Shown here piece by piece: positions 12,401 to 23,774 of a stretch of DNA of 64,000 nt (within the stretch, counting starts at the first letter, position 1; each line of letters starts with the position of its first letter). The stretch comes from Mytilus edulis. Its lineage: Eukaryota. Where the stretch lies: NCBI RefSeq assembly GCF_963676685.1, contig NC_092346.1:28582001-28646000 (forward strand), in the 5' to 3' direction. The notes beneath the pieces were generated by a model that searched no databases, had not been told where the DNA came from, and was given only the letters and a program-made list of their open reading frames with translations. Both the position numbers and the translations under genes were made by a program.

Positions 12401-15400
12401 TTCCCCTTATATTACTTTTGATGGGCGTTGTTTTGCCTCATTTTTCTTTTGATTGGTGTTGTTTTTCCTCATTACATATTTGGTTAATGTTGTTTCCCCT
12501 GATATTTCTTTTGGTTGGCGTTCTTTTTGCGTCATATTATATTTGGATTGGTGTAGTTTTGCCATCATTCACTGGTGTTTGGTGTTGTTTAGCTTTACAT
12601 TGCTGATGGTTTGTGTAATTTTGCCGTATATTACTTTTGGTTGGTGTTGTTTTGCCTAATATTGCTTTTGGTAGGTGTTGTTTTGCATTATTCTAATTTT
12701 GGTAAGATTGTTTTGCTTAATATGGTATTACTTATGTTTGTGTTGTTTGACCTCATATCAATTTTGGTTGGTGTAGTGTTGTCTTAGAATACTTTTGATT
12801 AGTGTGTTTGGTCTCATATTGATTTTGGTTGGGGTTAATTCTGCCTAATTTACCTTTTGGTTGGAGTTTTTTTTCGCCTCATTTCGATCTGTATTGGTAT
12901 TGTTTGCCTCATTTGAATTTTGGTTGCTGTTGTTTTGTCTCTTATTTTGCTTTCGATTGGTGTTGTTTATCCTTATATTGACTTTGGTTGGTGTAATTAT
13001 GCCGTATATTTCTTTTGGTTTGTGTTGATTTGTCTCTATACTGCTTTTGGTTGTTGGTATTTTACCTTATGTCACTTTTGGATGGTGTTGTTTTGTCTTA
13101 TATATTTCTTTTAGTTGGCGTTGTTTCCCTTATATGTTTTTTGATTCGCGTTGTTTTGCCTTAATTTACTGGTGTTTGGTGTTGTTTAGCCTTATATTGG
13201 TTATGGTTTGTGTAATTTTGCCTTAAATTACATTTGGTTGGTGTTGTTTTGCTTTATATTGCTTTTGGTTGGTGTTGTTTTGCCTAATAATGCGTTTGGT
13301 TGGCGTTGTTTTGCCTCATTCTACTGTTGGTTGTTCTTTCTTTGACCTGGTATTGCTTTTGGTTGGTGTTCTTATGCATTATTCGTTGTTTTGCCTCATT
13401 TTATTTTTGTCTTGATATTGCTTTTGGTTGTTGTGTTTTGCATTATATTACTTTAAGATGGTGCAGTCTTGCCTCATATTACTCTTGGTTTGTGTTGTTT
13501 CCCCTTATATTACTTTTGATGGGCGTTGTTTTGCCTCATTTTTCTTTTGATTGGTGTTGTTTTTCCTCATTACATATTTGGTTAATGTTGTTTCCCCTGA
13601 TATTTCTTTTGGTTGGCGTTCTTTTGCGTCATATTATATTTGGATTGGTGTAGTTTTGCCATCATTCACTGGTGTTTGGTGTTGTTTAGCTTTACATTGC
13701 TGATGGTTTGTGTAATTTTGCCGTATATTACTTTTGGTTGGTGTTGTTTTGCCTAATATTGCTTTTGGTAGGTGTTGTTTTGCATTATTCTAATTTTGGT
13801 AAGATTGTTTTGCTTAATATGGTATTACTTATGTTTGTGTTGTTTGACCTCATATCAATTTTGGTTGGTGTAGTGTTGTCTTAGAATACTTTTGATAAGT
13901 GTGTTTGGTCTCATATTGATTTTGGTTGGGGTTAATTCTGCCTAATTTACCTTTTGGTTGGAGTTTTTTTTCGCCTCATTTCGATCTGTATTGGTATTGT
14001 TTGCCTCATTTGAATTTTGGTTGCTGTTGTTTTGTCTCTTATTTTGCTTTCGATTGGTGTTGTTTATCCTTATATTGACTTTGGTTGGTGTAATTATGCC
14101 GTATATTTCTTTTGGTTTGTGTTGATTTGTCTCTATACTGCTTTTGGTTGTTGGTATTTTACCTTATGTCACTTTTGGATGGTGTTGTTTTGTCTTATAA
14201 ATTTCTTTTAGTTGGCGTTGTTTCCCTTATATGTTTTTTGATTCGCGTTGTTTTGCCTTAATTTACTGGTGTTTGGTGTTGTTTAGCCTTATATTGGTTA
14301 TGGTGTGTGTAATTTTGCCTTAAATTACATTTGGTTGGTGTTGTTTTGCTTTATATTGCTTTTGGTTGGTGTTGTTTTGCCTAATAATGCGTTTGGTTGG
14401 CGTTGTTTTGCCTCATTCTACTGTTGGTTGTTCTTTCTTTGACCTGGTATTGCTTTTGGTTGGTGTTCTTATGCATTATTCGTTGTTTTGCCTCATTTTA
14501 TTTTTGTCTTGATATTGCTTTTGGTTGTTGTGTTTTGCATTATATTACTTTAAGATGGTGCAGTCTTGCCTCATATTACTCTTGGTTTGTGTTGTTTCCC
14601 CTTATATTACTTTTGATGGGCGTTGTTTTGCCTCATTTTTCTTTTGATTGGTGTTGTTTTTCCTCATTACATATTTGGTTAATGTTGTTTCCCCTGATAT
14701 TTCTTTTGGTTGGCGTTCTTTTGCGTCATATTATATTTGGATTGGTGTAGTTTTGCCATCATTCACTGGTGTTTGGTGTTGTTTAGCTTTACATTGCTGA
14801 TGGTTTGTGTAATTTTGCCGTATATTACTTTTGGTTGGTGTTGTTTTGCCTAATATTGCTTTTGGTAGGTGTTGTTTTGCATTATTCTAATTTTGGTAAG
14901 ATTGTTTTGCTTAATATGGTATTACTTATGTTTGTGTTGTTTGACCTCATATCAATTTTGGTTGGTGTAGTGTTGTCTTAGAATACTTTTGATTAGTGTG
15001 TTTGGTCTCATATTGATTTTGGTTGGGGTTAATTCTGCCTAATTTACCTTTTGGTTGGAGTTTTTTTTCGCCTCATTTCGATCTGTATTGGTATTGTTTG
15101 CCTCATTTGAATTTTGGTTGCTGTTGTTTTGTCTCTTATTTTGCTTTCGATTGGTGTTGTTTATCCTTATATTGACTTTGGTTGGTGTAATTATGCCGTA
15201 TATTTCTTTTGGTTTGTGTTGATTTGTCTCTATACTGCTTTTGGTTGTTGGTATTTTACCTTATGTCACTTTTGGATGGTGTTGTTTTGTCTTATATATT
15301 TCTTTTAGTTGGCGTTGTTTCCCTTATATGTTTTTTGATTCGCGTTGTTTTGCCTTAATTTACTGGTGTTTGGTGTTGTTTAGCCTTATATTGGTTATGG

Positions 15401-17200
15401 TTTGTGTAATTTTGCCTTAAATTACATTTGGTTGGTGTTGTTTTGCTTTATATTGCTTTTGGTTGGTGTTGTTTTGCCTAATAATGCGTTTGGTTGGCGT
15501 TGTTTTGCCTCATTCTACTGTTGGTTGTTCTTTCTTTGACCTGGTATTGCTTTTGGTTGGTGTTCTTATGCATTATTCGTTGTTTTGCCTCATTTTATTT
15601 TTGTCTTGATATTGCTTTTGGTTGTTGTGTTTTGCATTATATTACATGTACTTTAAGATGGTGCACTCTTGCCTCATATTACTCTTGGTTTGTGTTGTTT
15701 CCCCTTATATTTCTTTTGATGGGCGTTGTTTTGCCTCATTTTTCTTTTGATTGGTGTTGTTTTGCCTCATTACATATTTGGTTAATGTTGTTTCCCCTGA
15801 TATTTCTTTTGGTTGGCGTTCTTTTGCGTCATATTATATGTTGATTGGTGTAGTTTTGCCATTATTCACTGGTATTTGGTGTTGTTTAGCTTTACATTGC
15901 TGATGGTTTGTGTAATTTTGCCGTATATTACTTTTGGTTGGTGTTGTTTTGCCTAATATTGCTTTTGGTAGGTGTTGTTTTGCATTATTCTAATTTTGGT
16001 AAGATTGTTTTGCTTAATATGGTATTACTTATGTTTGTGTTGTTTGACCTCATATCAATTTTGGTTGGTGTAGTGTTGTCTTAGAATACTTTTGATTAGT
16101 GTGTTTGGTCTCATATTGATTTTGGTTAGGGTTAATTCTGCCTAATTTACCTTTTGGTTGGAGTTTTTTTTTCGCCTCATTTCGTTCTGTATTGGTATTG
16201 TTTGCCTCATTTGAATTTTGGTTGCTGTTGTTTTGTCTCTTATTTTGCTTTCGATTGGTGTTGTTTATCCTTATATTGCCTTTGGTTGGTGTAATTATGC
16301 CGTATATTTCTTTTGGTTTGTGTTGATTTGTCTCTATATTGCTTTTGGTTGTTGATATTTTACCTTATGTCACTTTTGGATGGTGTTGTTTTGTCTTATA
16401 TATTTCTTTCAGTTGGCGTTGTTTCCCTTATTTATCTTTTGATTCGCGTTGTTTTGCCTTATATTTCTTCTGGTTTGTGTTGAATTGCCTTAGATTACTT
16501 TTGGTTTTTGTTATTTTGCCTTATAAATATGCTTTCGGTTGTCGTTGTTTTTCCACATATTGCTTTGGGTTGGCGTTGTTTTGCCTCATTCTACTGTTGG
16601 TTGTTGTTTCGTTGAGCCGATTTTGCTTATGGTTGATGTTCTCTTATATGTTTTCCGTTTGGTTCGGGTTGTTTGGCTTAATATAACTTTTGGTTGGTGT
16701 TGTTTTACCTCATATCTGCAATTTTGATTGTTGTAATGTTGCCTTATACTACTTTTGGATGGTATGTTTTGCCTTATATTGCTTTTGGTTGGGGTTGTTC
16801 TGCCTTTTTTACTTTTGAAGGGTGTTTTTCTTTGGGTCATTTTACTTTTGATTGGTGTTTTGTCCCCTTATATTTCTTTTGATTGGCGTTGGGTTTTTTT
16901 GCCTGATATTGCTTTTGGTTGGTGTTGCTTTTTTCCTTATATTATTTTTCGGAGGTGTTGATTCGTCTCGTTTTACATATAGTTGGTTGTTCTTTTGCCT
17001 TATTTCGGTTGGCGTTGTTTCTCATATTACTTTTGATTGTTGTTGCTTTGCCTTATATTTCTTTTGGTTGGGGTTGTTTGGCCTTATAATAAATTACTTT
17101 TGGTTTTGGGGTTTTTTTTTTGCTTTTGTTTAGTGTTGTTGTACCTTATGATACTTTTGGTTGGTATTGTTTTGTCTAATATTGCTTTTGGTTGCTGACT
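9470..17200. repeat. ~7.7-kb T/G-rich satellite: degenerate ~30-bp monomer (TTTTGGTTGGTGTTGTTTTGCCTTATATTAC-like) with a ~1097-bp higher-order repeat over ~11770-16460
   Basis: Monomer visible throughout. Anchor GCCTCATTTGAATTTTGG recurs at 11808, 12906, 14003, 15100 and 16204; near-identical spurious ORFs start at 12202, 13300, 14397 and 15494. Confidence 0.95.
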
Positions 17201-17281
17201 TTAATTGACCTTTAATCTAGAATTTTGTTTCCAAGCTAAGCTGTGTAATGATGATTTGTTTTTAATTTTTAAATAGGCTCC

Positions 17282-17388
17282 GTGTTGAAGACCGTACCTT
17301 GATCTATAATGGTTTACTTTTTATAAATTGTGACTCGGATGGAGAGTTGTCTCATTGGCACTCATACCACGTCTTCCTATATTTATAT
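17282..17388 (+). mobile_element. 3' tail fragment of an abundant retroposon family (related fragments at ~1168-1245 and ~60980-61075)
   Basis: GTTGAAGACCGTAC...GGAGAGTTGTCTCATTGGCACTCATACCAC.TCTTC; the same terminal motif ends the RT-bearing element at 55316-56677. Confidence 0.6.
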
Positions 17389-17474
17389 ACACTCCAAAGA
17401 ATCACTACGGATGGCTATTTTTTTGTTGTTGTTGTACATATGAAACTATCAAGATAACCTTAAGACTTGGCAAA

Positions 17475-18275
17475 CGCTGATAACAACTTATTGACAAACA
17501 CTCGGAACAACTTATTGGCGAAAATTGGTACCAATTTATTGACAAACACTAGTAACAATTTATTGACAAACACTAGTAACAATTTATTGACAAACACTAG
17601 TAACAATTATTGACAAACACGAGTAACAATTATTGACAAACACGGGTAACTACTTACTGACAAACACGGATATCAACTTATTGACAAACACGAGAAACAA
17701 CTTATTGACAAATACTCGGATATTGACAAATACTAGGAACAACTTATTGACTAACACGGGTAACAACTTATGGACAGACAATGGTGTGTACTCAAAACAA
17801 GATTGGTACAAATTATTGCCAAACTCTTGGAACAACCTATTAACTTAAACATTGAACAACTTTTAGCCAAATATTAGTTTTGACTTATTGGCAAACACTG
17901 GTAACAACTTTTTAACTTATGGAACCTTAACAGACACCAGAAACAAGTTATTTACGCCCAATAAATAAACAAACACTGGTAACAACTTATCAATACATAG
18001 TAAATTAGCAAACTATAAAACAACTTATTAAAACACAATAAATTAACAAACACTGGTATCAACTTCTGAACAAACCCAATAAGTTAACAAAAGTCTGACA
18101 ACTTCTTGACGAACATATTACAACTTATTAGCCGTCATCACACAGAAAAGGGAGATAACTATATGAAAACTGCAGGCTGCGCTGTTACCATTGACAAATG
18201 AAACATCTTTTGGAACAACTTTCTGACAAACACAGTGAACAACTTATTGACAAACACTTGAAACACTTTATTAAC
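17475..18275. repeat. Degenerate ~23-24-bp A/C-rich tandem repeat upstream of orphan gene copy 1 (homologous tract at ~61790-62185)
   Basis: Repeated ACAAC/TTTATTGACAAACACT.GTA units. Confidence 0.85.
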
Positions 18276-18360
18276 TACTCTTTGGTCAGTTGTTGTCTTT
18301 TGACACATTCCATTCCCAATTTATTTCCAATGAATACAACCAACGACACAAGTTAGACAA

Positions 18361-18594
18361 ACACTTAAATACTTTACAATTATTGGGCGTTATCACGCGA
18401 AAAAGGTACACTTAATTCTTTACAATTATTGGGCGTTATCACGCGAAAAAGGTACACTTAAACACTTTACAATTATTGGGCGTTATCACGCGAAAAAGGT
18501 ACACTTAAACACTTTACAATTATTGGGCGTTATCACGCGAAAAAGGTACACTTAAACACTTTACAATTATTGGACGTTATCACGCGAAAAAGGT
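18361..18594 (+). repeat. Five tandem copies of a 47-bp promoter segment (single copy in the other units)
   Basis: ACACTTAAACACTTTACAATTATTGGGCGTTATCACGCGAAAAAGGT starts at 18361, 18408, 18454, 18501 and 18548. Confidence 0.95.
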
Positions 18595-18639
18595 AGAAGC
18601 ATGTAGCAATGAATCCAAGAAAACTATGCGGCTACACTA

Positions 18640-18788
18640 GCTGTTACCATACTTCGACGTCATAAATATCCCCAATGCCAACGTTATTGTCGAAGTATCG
18701 GCAATACACTGCAGCAAGGAAGTTTTTAAAGTAAAAAGAATCATTCTATTCAGCTTTTTGAAGATAAGAAAATCGAAAGACAATTCTG
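18640..18788 (+). promoter_or_regulatory. Putative core promoter and non-coding exon 1 of the orphan gene (donor after 18788; equivalents at 31417, 43623, 62402)
   Basis: GACGTCA (CRE-like) next to CATAAATA (TATA-like) inside an inverted repeat, followed by a strong donor CTG|GTGAGT. This block is conserved in all four copies, including the diverged fourth. Confidence 0.55.
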
Positions 18789-19443
18789 GTGAGTAATGTT
18801 ATTTCACTTTTTTCAAGGAATGTACATTATTTATTTAGAAAAAACAAGCATAAAACAAAAAACCCGCATTTAAGAAATCGTGGTATGAGCTCCTATCAAG
18901 TCACGACAATTTATTTTATCGCTAATACTTATCTAACATATTAAAACGTCTAAGGTTTAAATAAATGAAGAATTAGTGTTTCCTCAACAAAACCTAGGTA
19001 TAATTTTGTTACTGTTGGTCATTTTTCGCAGGTCATATGCAATCTACTTATGGTCAGACTTCTTGAAAATGCTTATTTAGCCAAATGTATTTAAAACTAT
19101 ATAGCCTAACTACAGGAAAAAAGTTGGAAATACAAAGTGACTTGAAAACAAACACTGAACAGAAAACAAATGACCAACAGAAGCGACCACTGTGGTGAAT
19201 GCAATTTAATTTCTATAATGATTGAATGAGCGATGATTGTAACATACCTAGAAAAAAATCTTCTTCAATGTATATAAATATAGAAACAACTAAAAATATA
19301 TTCAGTGAAACCATATTTGATTACATTATTCAGCAGATTTCGAAATTTAAAAAAATGAAGGGGTAGGGAAAGGGGGTTGTGATACAAAAGATTTCACGAT
19401 ACGTTTTTAACTAATACTTGGTTCAACAATTAATAGGTTGACA

Positions 19444-22400
19444 ATGGCAATGTCCACCCAGCAAGAGGAGAGGGATCATTTTACCGTGTCCGGATTTTGT
19501 GAGGCCATTCTGTGTACAGCAGAATTCGAGTGTTCGCTTGATTTCATACTACACAAAAAGGCGTCTGAGGCAAAGAGGCTAATTTGGAAAATGGAATTAA
19601 GTATGTATTACCAATATCATATTCAAATCTTATTTAGATAAACAGGTCAATTATTCAATAAATATAGTCCGTTTTATTCTGTCACTGTATTTCGCTCTAC
19701 ACTCTGTTCTCAGTTTTGCTTCCTGTAATAATTCATTTGATAGTTTTCTCTTTAAATTCAAATTCTAGTTGTGTGAGGCACAACCCAAATGGGACAATTG
19801 CACAATACCAAAAAAATAACCTTCAGACATCTAAGGGTCAACATATGGCCTCCAATGAAAAACAAGAATATGTCAATAAGACAAAATTTGCAAATTTCTA
19901 TTCGGTCATCCAACAAGAGCGTAAAATTTGAACGGTTAACTGATTCTGTTGTAACAAGTTCAATATATTGAGAATAATTTCATGCAACATCTTCCTTAAA
20001 ATTTGAGCAGACCTTCCTTATTTTAAAATCTAATTGATTTATTTCAACAGAGAGAGAAAATAAGGAAGAGCAGAAATCAGAAACAGACGAGGATCAAACA
20101 GAAATTATGAATGAGGAAGAAAAGAAACCAGAAATGGATGTTGATATATCAACAGAGCAGAGAACAGGTAATTTTCTTTCATATTTTTACGCAATTCAAT
20201 TGTCACCACATTTGCTTGTTGTGTACAAAATAAGAAGATGTGGTATGATTACAAATGAGACAACTCCCCACTCGAGACCAACTATATATGTTACCATGTG
20301 GCCTTTAATAATGAGTGTCACCCATACCGCTTATTCAGTGTATCTTTAATGAAAGTTTTAAAAAATTTCTTCACTGAGTATGACAAATCTGAATGAAAAT
20401 AAGGACACCTACAGGTGCGGGAGTTTCTCGCTACATTGAAGACCCATTTGTGACCTTCGGCTGTTGTCTGCTCTATGGTCGGGTTGTTGTCGCTTTGACA
20501 CATTCCCCATTTCCTTTCTCAATTTTAAGTAAGCTATCATATCATCTCAGATGAAAGTTTATATTTTTAATTCTTAAGTTAGTTTGTGGCAATGATGGGA
20601 CTTATAAATATAAAGGCCGGAGGAAAAGCAGTAAAAGCTTTGTCTTTTTTCTTTCTTTCTAGGAATTATGATTACAAAGCCGATCCACGTGCAGAGAATT
20701 GGAAAGAACCCATTGGAGAATGCCGTCGGACATATAAATAAGGTACAATAAAGAATTAAGGGGACATTATAATGGGGTAGATGTTAATGGTAATAAGAAT
20801 CCAATTTCTAAGTAGAACAGTGATTTCATTGCTGTTCTTCATATTCACGATGAAATCTGTTCTCATTTTAAAAATTCCTTTAAATGTAACGTTGCAACAC
20901 ATTTTCTAAACGGTAAAAGCTAAAGTTGTTCCATTTTATTTTAGCCGAAGGATGTGCTTTCTTCGTGCTCATGTGCCTGATAGTCAGTTGGGTTTTGGGT
21001 GGTTGTAATGAAAATCAAGAGATTTTCAATGGTAAATTTGAGCTTTATGTATGCCGTAAATCTTATTTGTTTCAAATTTATACAACTTTTTAACATTTTG
21101 ATAATAAATTTTTCGTTTTTTTTTGTTTTTTAAACGTATCTTGAAATATATCTTTAGTGAGTAATCAATTTTTTTGCAACATTTCAATATCAATTTTACG
21201 TGTGCGTGTTGTGATATTTGAAAAATGCTGTATTATCATTATAGGATTCAGTTCAGACTTCTGTACTGAAAGGATCAATAAATGACAAAGAAGCGAAAAA
21301 GGACGAAAGGAAAATGAAAAGAGAACTTATGAAAGTGGAAAAAATAAGACGGAAAAAAGCTAAAGAAGAGGAAATGATTGTTAAAACACAGTTCAAAGCA
21401 ATCGAAAAGAGTAACCAAAGACAAAATAATGATGTGAAGTCAAAATGGAAGAAGGAACAAAAGAGGAGAAAGCAGATGAAAAAGATGGTTGAAAAGGGAA
21501 ATAGGAATTTAGAAAAAGGTATTTATTTCATAAATATGTCTACTTTCTTCAGTCTTCTTCTGACTTAACGAGTTTTGATGGTTATAGTTGCCGTAGGCGT
21601 AAGTATTTTCTAACTTCAACCAACCATTGCCAATGATGTATTAAACTCAATAAAAGAAATATACAAATTTCTAATTCAATTATGATCATATTTCACATTT
21701 TTATGATATAATGTATTATTGTCTAATTCAGAGTTCCATGTACATACACGATTCATGAAAAGTTTGTCTTATAGTTTTTAGTATAACAATATTTTAAATT
21801 TAAAGAAAAATACATATATTAGATGCGGGTGATAGGTACATTTAGGATCACTTCTTCAAAAAATAAACCCAGAGTGCACCGGGAGTTTAAAATCTTTTAT
21901 GAAAACATTATGAAATTTCTACATCCGTGTTTATCTTTACAGAAATGAAGAAGATCGAGAAAAAGAGAGTAAAGGACGAAAAGAAGAAAGTATTCCAAGC
22001 TATTGATGTTGCTCAAGAAAAGCAAAATGATTTAACAACAGTAAGAACAGATGAAGAAACAGAGAAAAATAAAGACGATAAAAATAAAACTATCGATATT
22101 GATGGGGAACAACAAAATGGTTCCAAAATAGTCAAAGCAAATGAAGAGACAGAGAATGACGAAGACGAGATGGAGACAACAGATCAAACAATCGATGTTG
22201 AGAAAAACAAAACAGAGAAAGAGACAGAGATAACCGAAGACGAGAGGGAGACAACAGATCAAACAATCGATGTTGAGAAAAACAAAACAGAGAAAGAGAC
22301 AGAGATAACCAAAAACGAGAGGGAGACAACAGATCAAACAATCGATGTTGAGAAAAACAAAACAGAGAAAGAGACAGAGATAACCGAAGACGAGAGGGAG

Positions 22401-23327
22401 ACAACAGATCAAACAATCGATGTTGAGAAAAACAAAACAGAGACAGAGACAGAGATAACCGAAGACGAGAGGAAGACAACAGATCAAACAATCGATGTTG
22501 AGAAAAACAAAACAGAGACAGAGACAGAGATAACCGAAGACGAGAGGGAGACAACAGATCAAACAATCGATGTTGAGAAAAACAAAACAGAGAAAGAGAC
22601 AGAGATAACCGAAGACGAGAGGGAGACAACAGATCAAACAATCGATGTTGAGAAAAACAAAACAGAGAAAGAGACAGAGATAACCGAAGACGAAAGGGAG
22701 ACAACAGTTCAAACAATCGATGTTGAGAAACCCAAAACAGAGAAAGAGACAGAGATAACCGTAGACGAAAGGGAGACAACAGATCAAACAATCGATGTTG
22801 AGAAAAACAAAACAGAGAAAGAGACAGAGATAACCGAAGACGAGAGGGAGACAACAGATCAAACAATCGATGTTGAGAAAAACAAAACAGAGAAAGAGAC
22901 AGAGATAACCGAAGACGAGAGGGAGACAACAGATCAAACAATCGATGTTGAGAAAAACAAAACAGAGAAAGAGACAGAGATAACCGAAGACGAGAGGGAG
23001 ACAACAGATCAAACAATCGATGTTGAGAAAAACAAAACAGAGAAAGAGACAGAGTTAACCGAAGACGAGAGGGAGACAACAGATCAAACAATCGATGTTG
23101 AGAAAAACAAAACAGAGAAAGAGACAGAGATAACCGAAGGACAGACAATCACCTGTGATAGTATTGGAAATAATGAAGTGAAAGAAAATTCCGAAAATGA
23201 TGCAAAAGACATTAAAATGAGTACCAAAAATGCCGGAAAGAAAACCACATTTGCTGCCAGAATCAGTGGATTCTTCCGATCCTTATTGTGTATCAAAAGA
23301 CAAAAGAAAAGCAAAGATGTGTGTTGA
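19444..23327 (+). CDS. Orphan acidic-repeat/coiled-coil protein, copy 1 (~666 aa). Exons 19444-19600, 20051-20167, 20663-20742, 21257 (or 21245)-21518, 21943-23327; 13 x 25-aa repeat
   Basis: All junctions AG/GT with matching phases (1,1,0,1), giving one ORF MAMSTQQEERDHF...GIMITKPIHVQRIG...KKEQKRRKQMKK...(ETEITEDERETTDQTIDVEKNKTEK)n...RISGFFRSLLCIKRQKKSKDVC*. AATAAA at 23376. No family recognised. Confidence 0.8.
20408..20526 (+). mobile_element. Short retroposon 3'-end insertion in intron 3, present in copies 1 and 2 (~33035-33153) and absent in copy 3
   Basis: ...GTTGTTGTCGCTTTGACACATTCCCCATTTCCTTTCTCAATTTT is missing from the equivalent site at ~45255. The same family occurs in reverse orientation at ~25150-25260. 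Confidence 0.65.
22145..23138 (+). repeat. Coding 75-bp tandem repeat, 13 units
   Basis: GAGACAGAGATAACCGAAGACGAGAGGGAGACAACAGATCAAACAATCGATGTTGAGAAAAACAAAACAGAGAAA repeated in frame. Confidence 0.95.
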
Positions 23328-23774
23328 TGAACTAGTTATTTTCTAACAATTCTTATTTTTCTACACTATCTTCTTAATAAAAAGCCAAAATCATTGTTAT
23401 TTAGCCTTGAGGAACCTGTTTTATTTAGAGACTTTATTTGAGAATAAATCTAGTATTTTGTAACTGCTAGTATACTCCTACTTCAAAAGTTTGTGTCTCT
23501 TCTCTTTTTGTTGGTTTTTGTGTGTGTTTCATGCCGATCTTAAAAGGTCAAACTAAGATATGTGTTGATTAATATGTTTTATTCATCAAATGTTATCTTA
23601 TTAATGTTTTAATGTTTAATTTTCTTAACGAAAACCCAAAAAGCAAGGGTTTATATTTACTAGATAAACGTCTTAAGTACCATGCAATGCATATTTTTAC
23701 AACTTATTATTGCAGAAATCGTGCAAGTTCGCCAAACGAAATTGTCCTGTCGACGTGCTGGTGATAGAAAAAAG

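Noticed and set aside
9471-17133. Many hydrophobic or Cys-rich ORFs suggesting membrane proteins
   Set aside because: By-products of a T/G-rich satellite: overlapping frames, mostly TTG/GTG starts, no splice structure.
20669-20703. CRIB-like motif (ITKPIHVQRIG)
   Set aside because: Lacks the spacing, the Phe and the second His of ISxP(x)2-4FxHxxHVG; only a superficial resemblance.
20945-21031. Possible transmembrane-coding exon (EGCAFFVLMCLIVSWVLGG) in intron 4
   Set aside because: It needs phase 1 but the flanking exons join in phase 0, where it has a stop; copy 3 has indels here.
22145-23138. Mucin-like secreted glycoprotein (an NKT sequon in almost every repeat)
   Set aside because: No signal peptide or transmembrane segment in the spliced model, so the sequons are probably unused.
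22032-23148. Long antisense ORFs (CCLPLVFGYL..., LSLSLSLFCF...), also at 35730-36915 and 46914-47880
   Set aside because: Shadows of a stop-free 75-bp repeat; they begin and end with the array.
23313-23327. CaaX prenylation signal (KDVC)
   Set aside because: Cys is the last residue, not fourth from last, and it is not a CC or CxC Rab-type motif.
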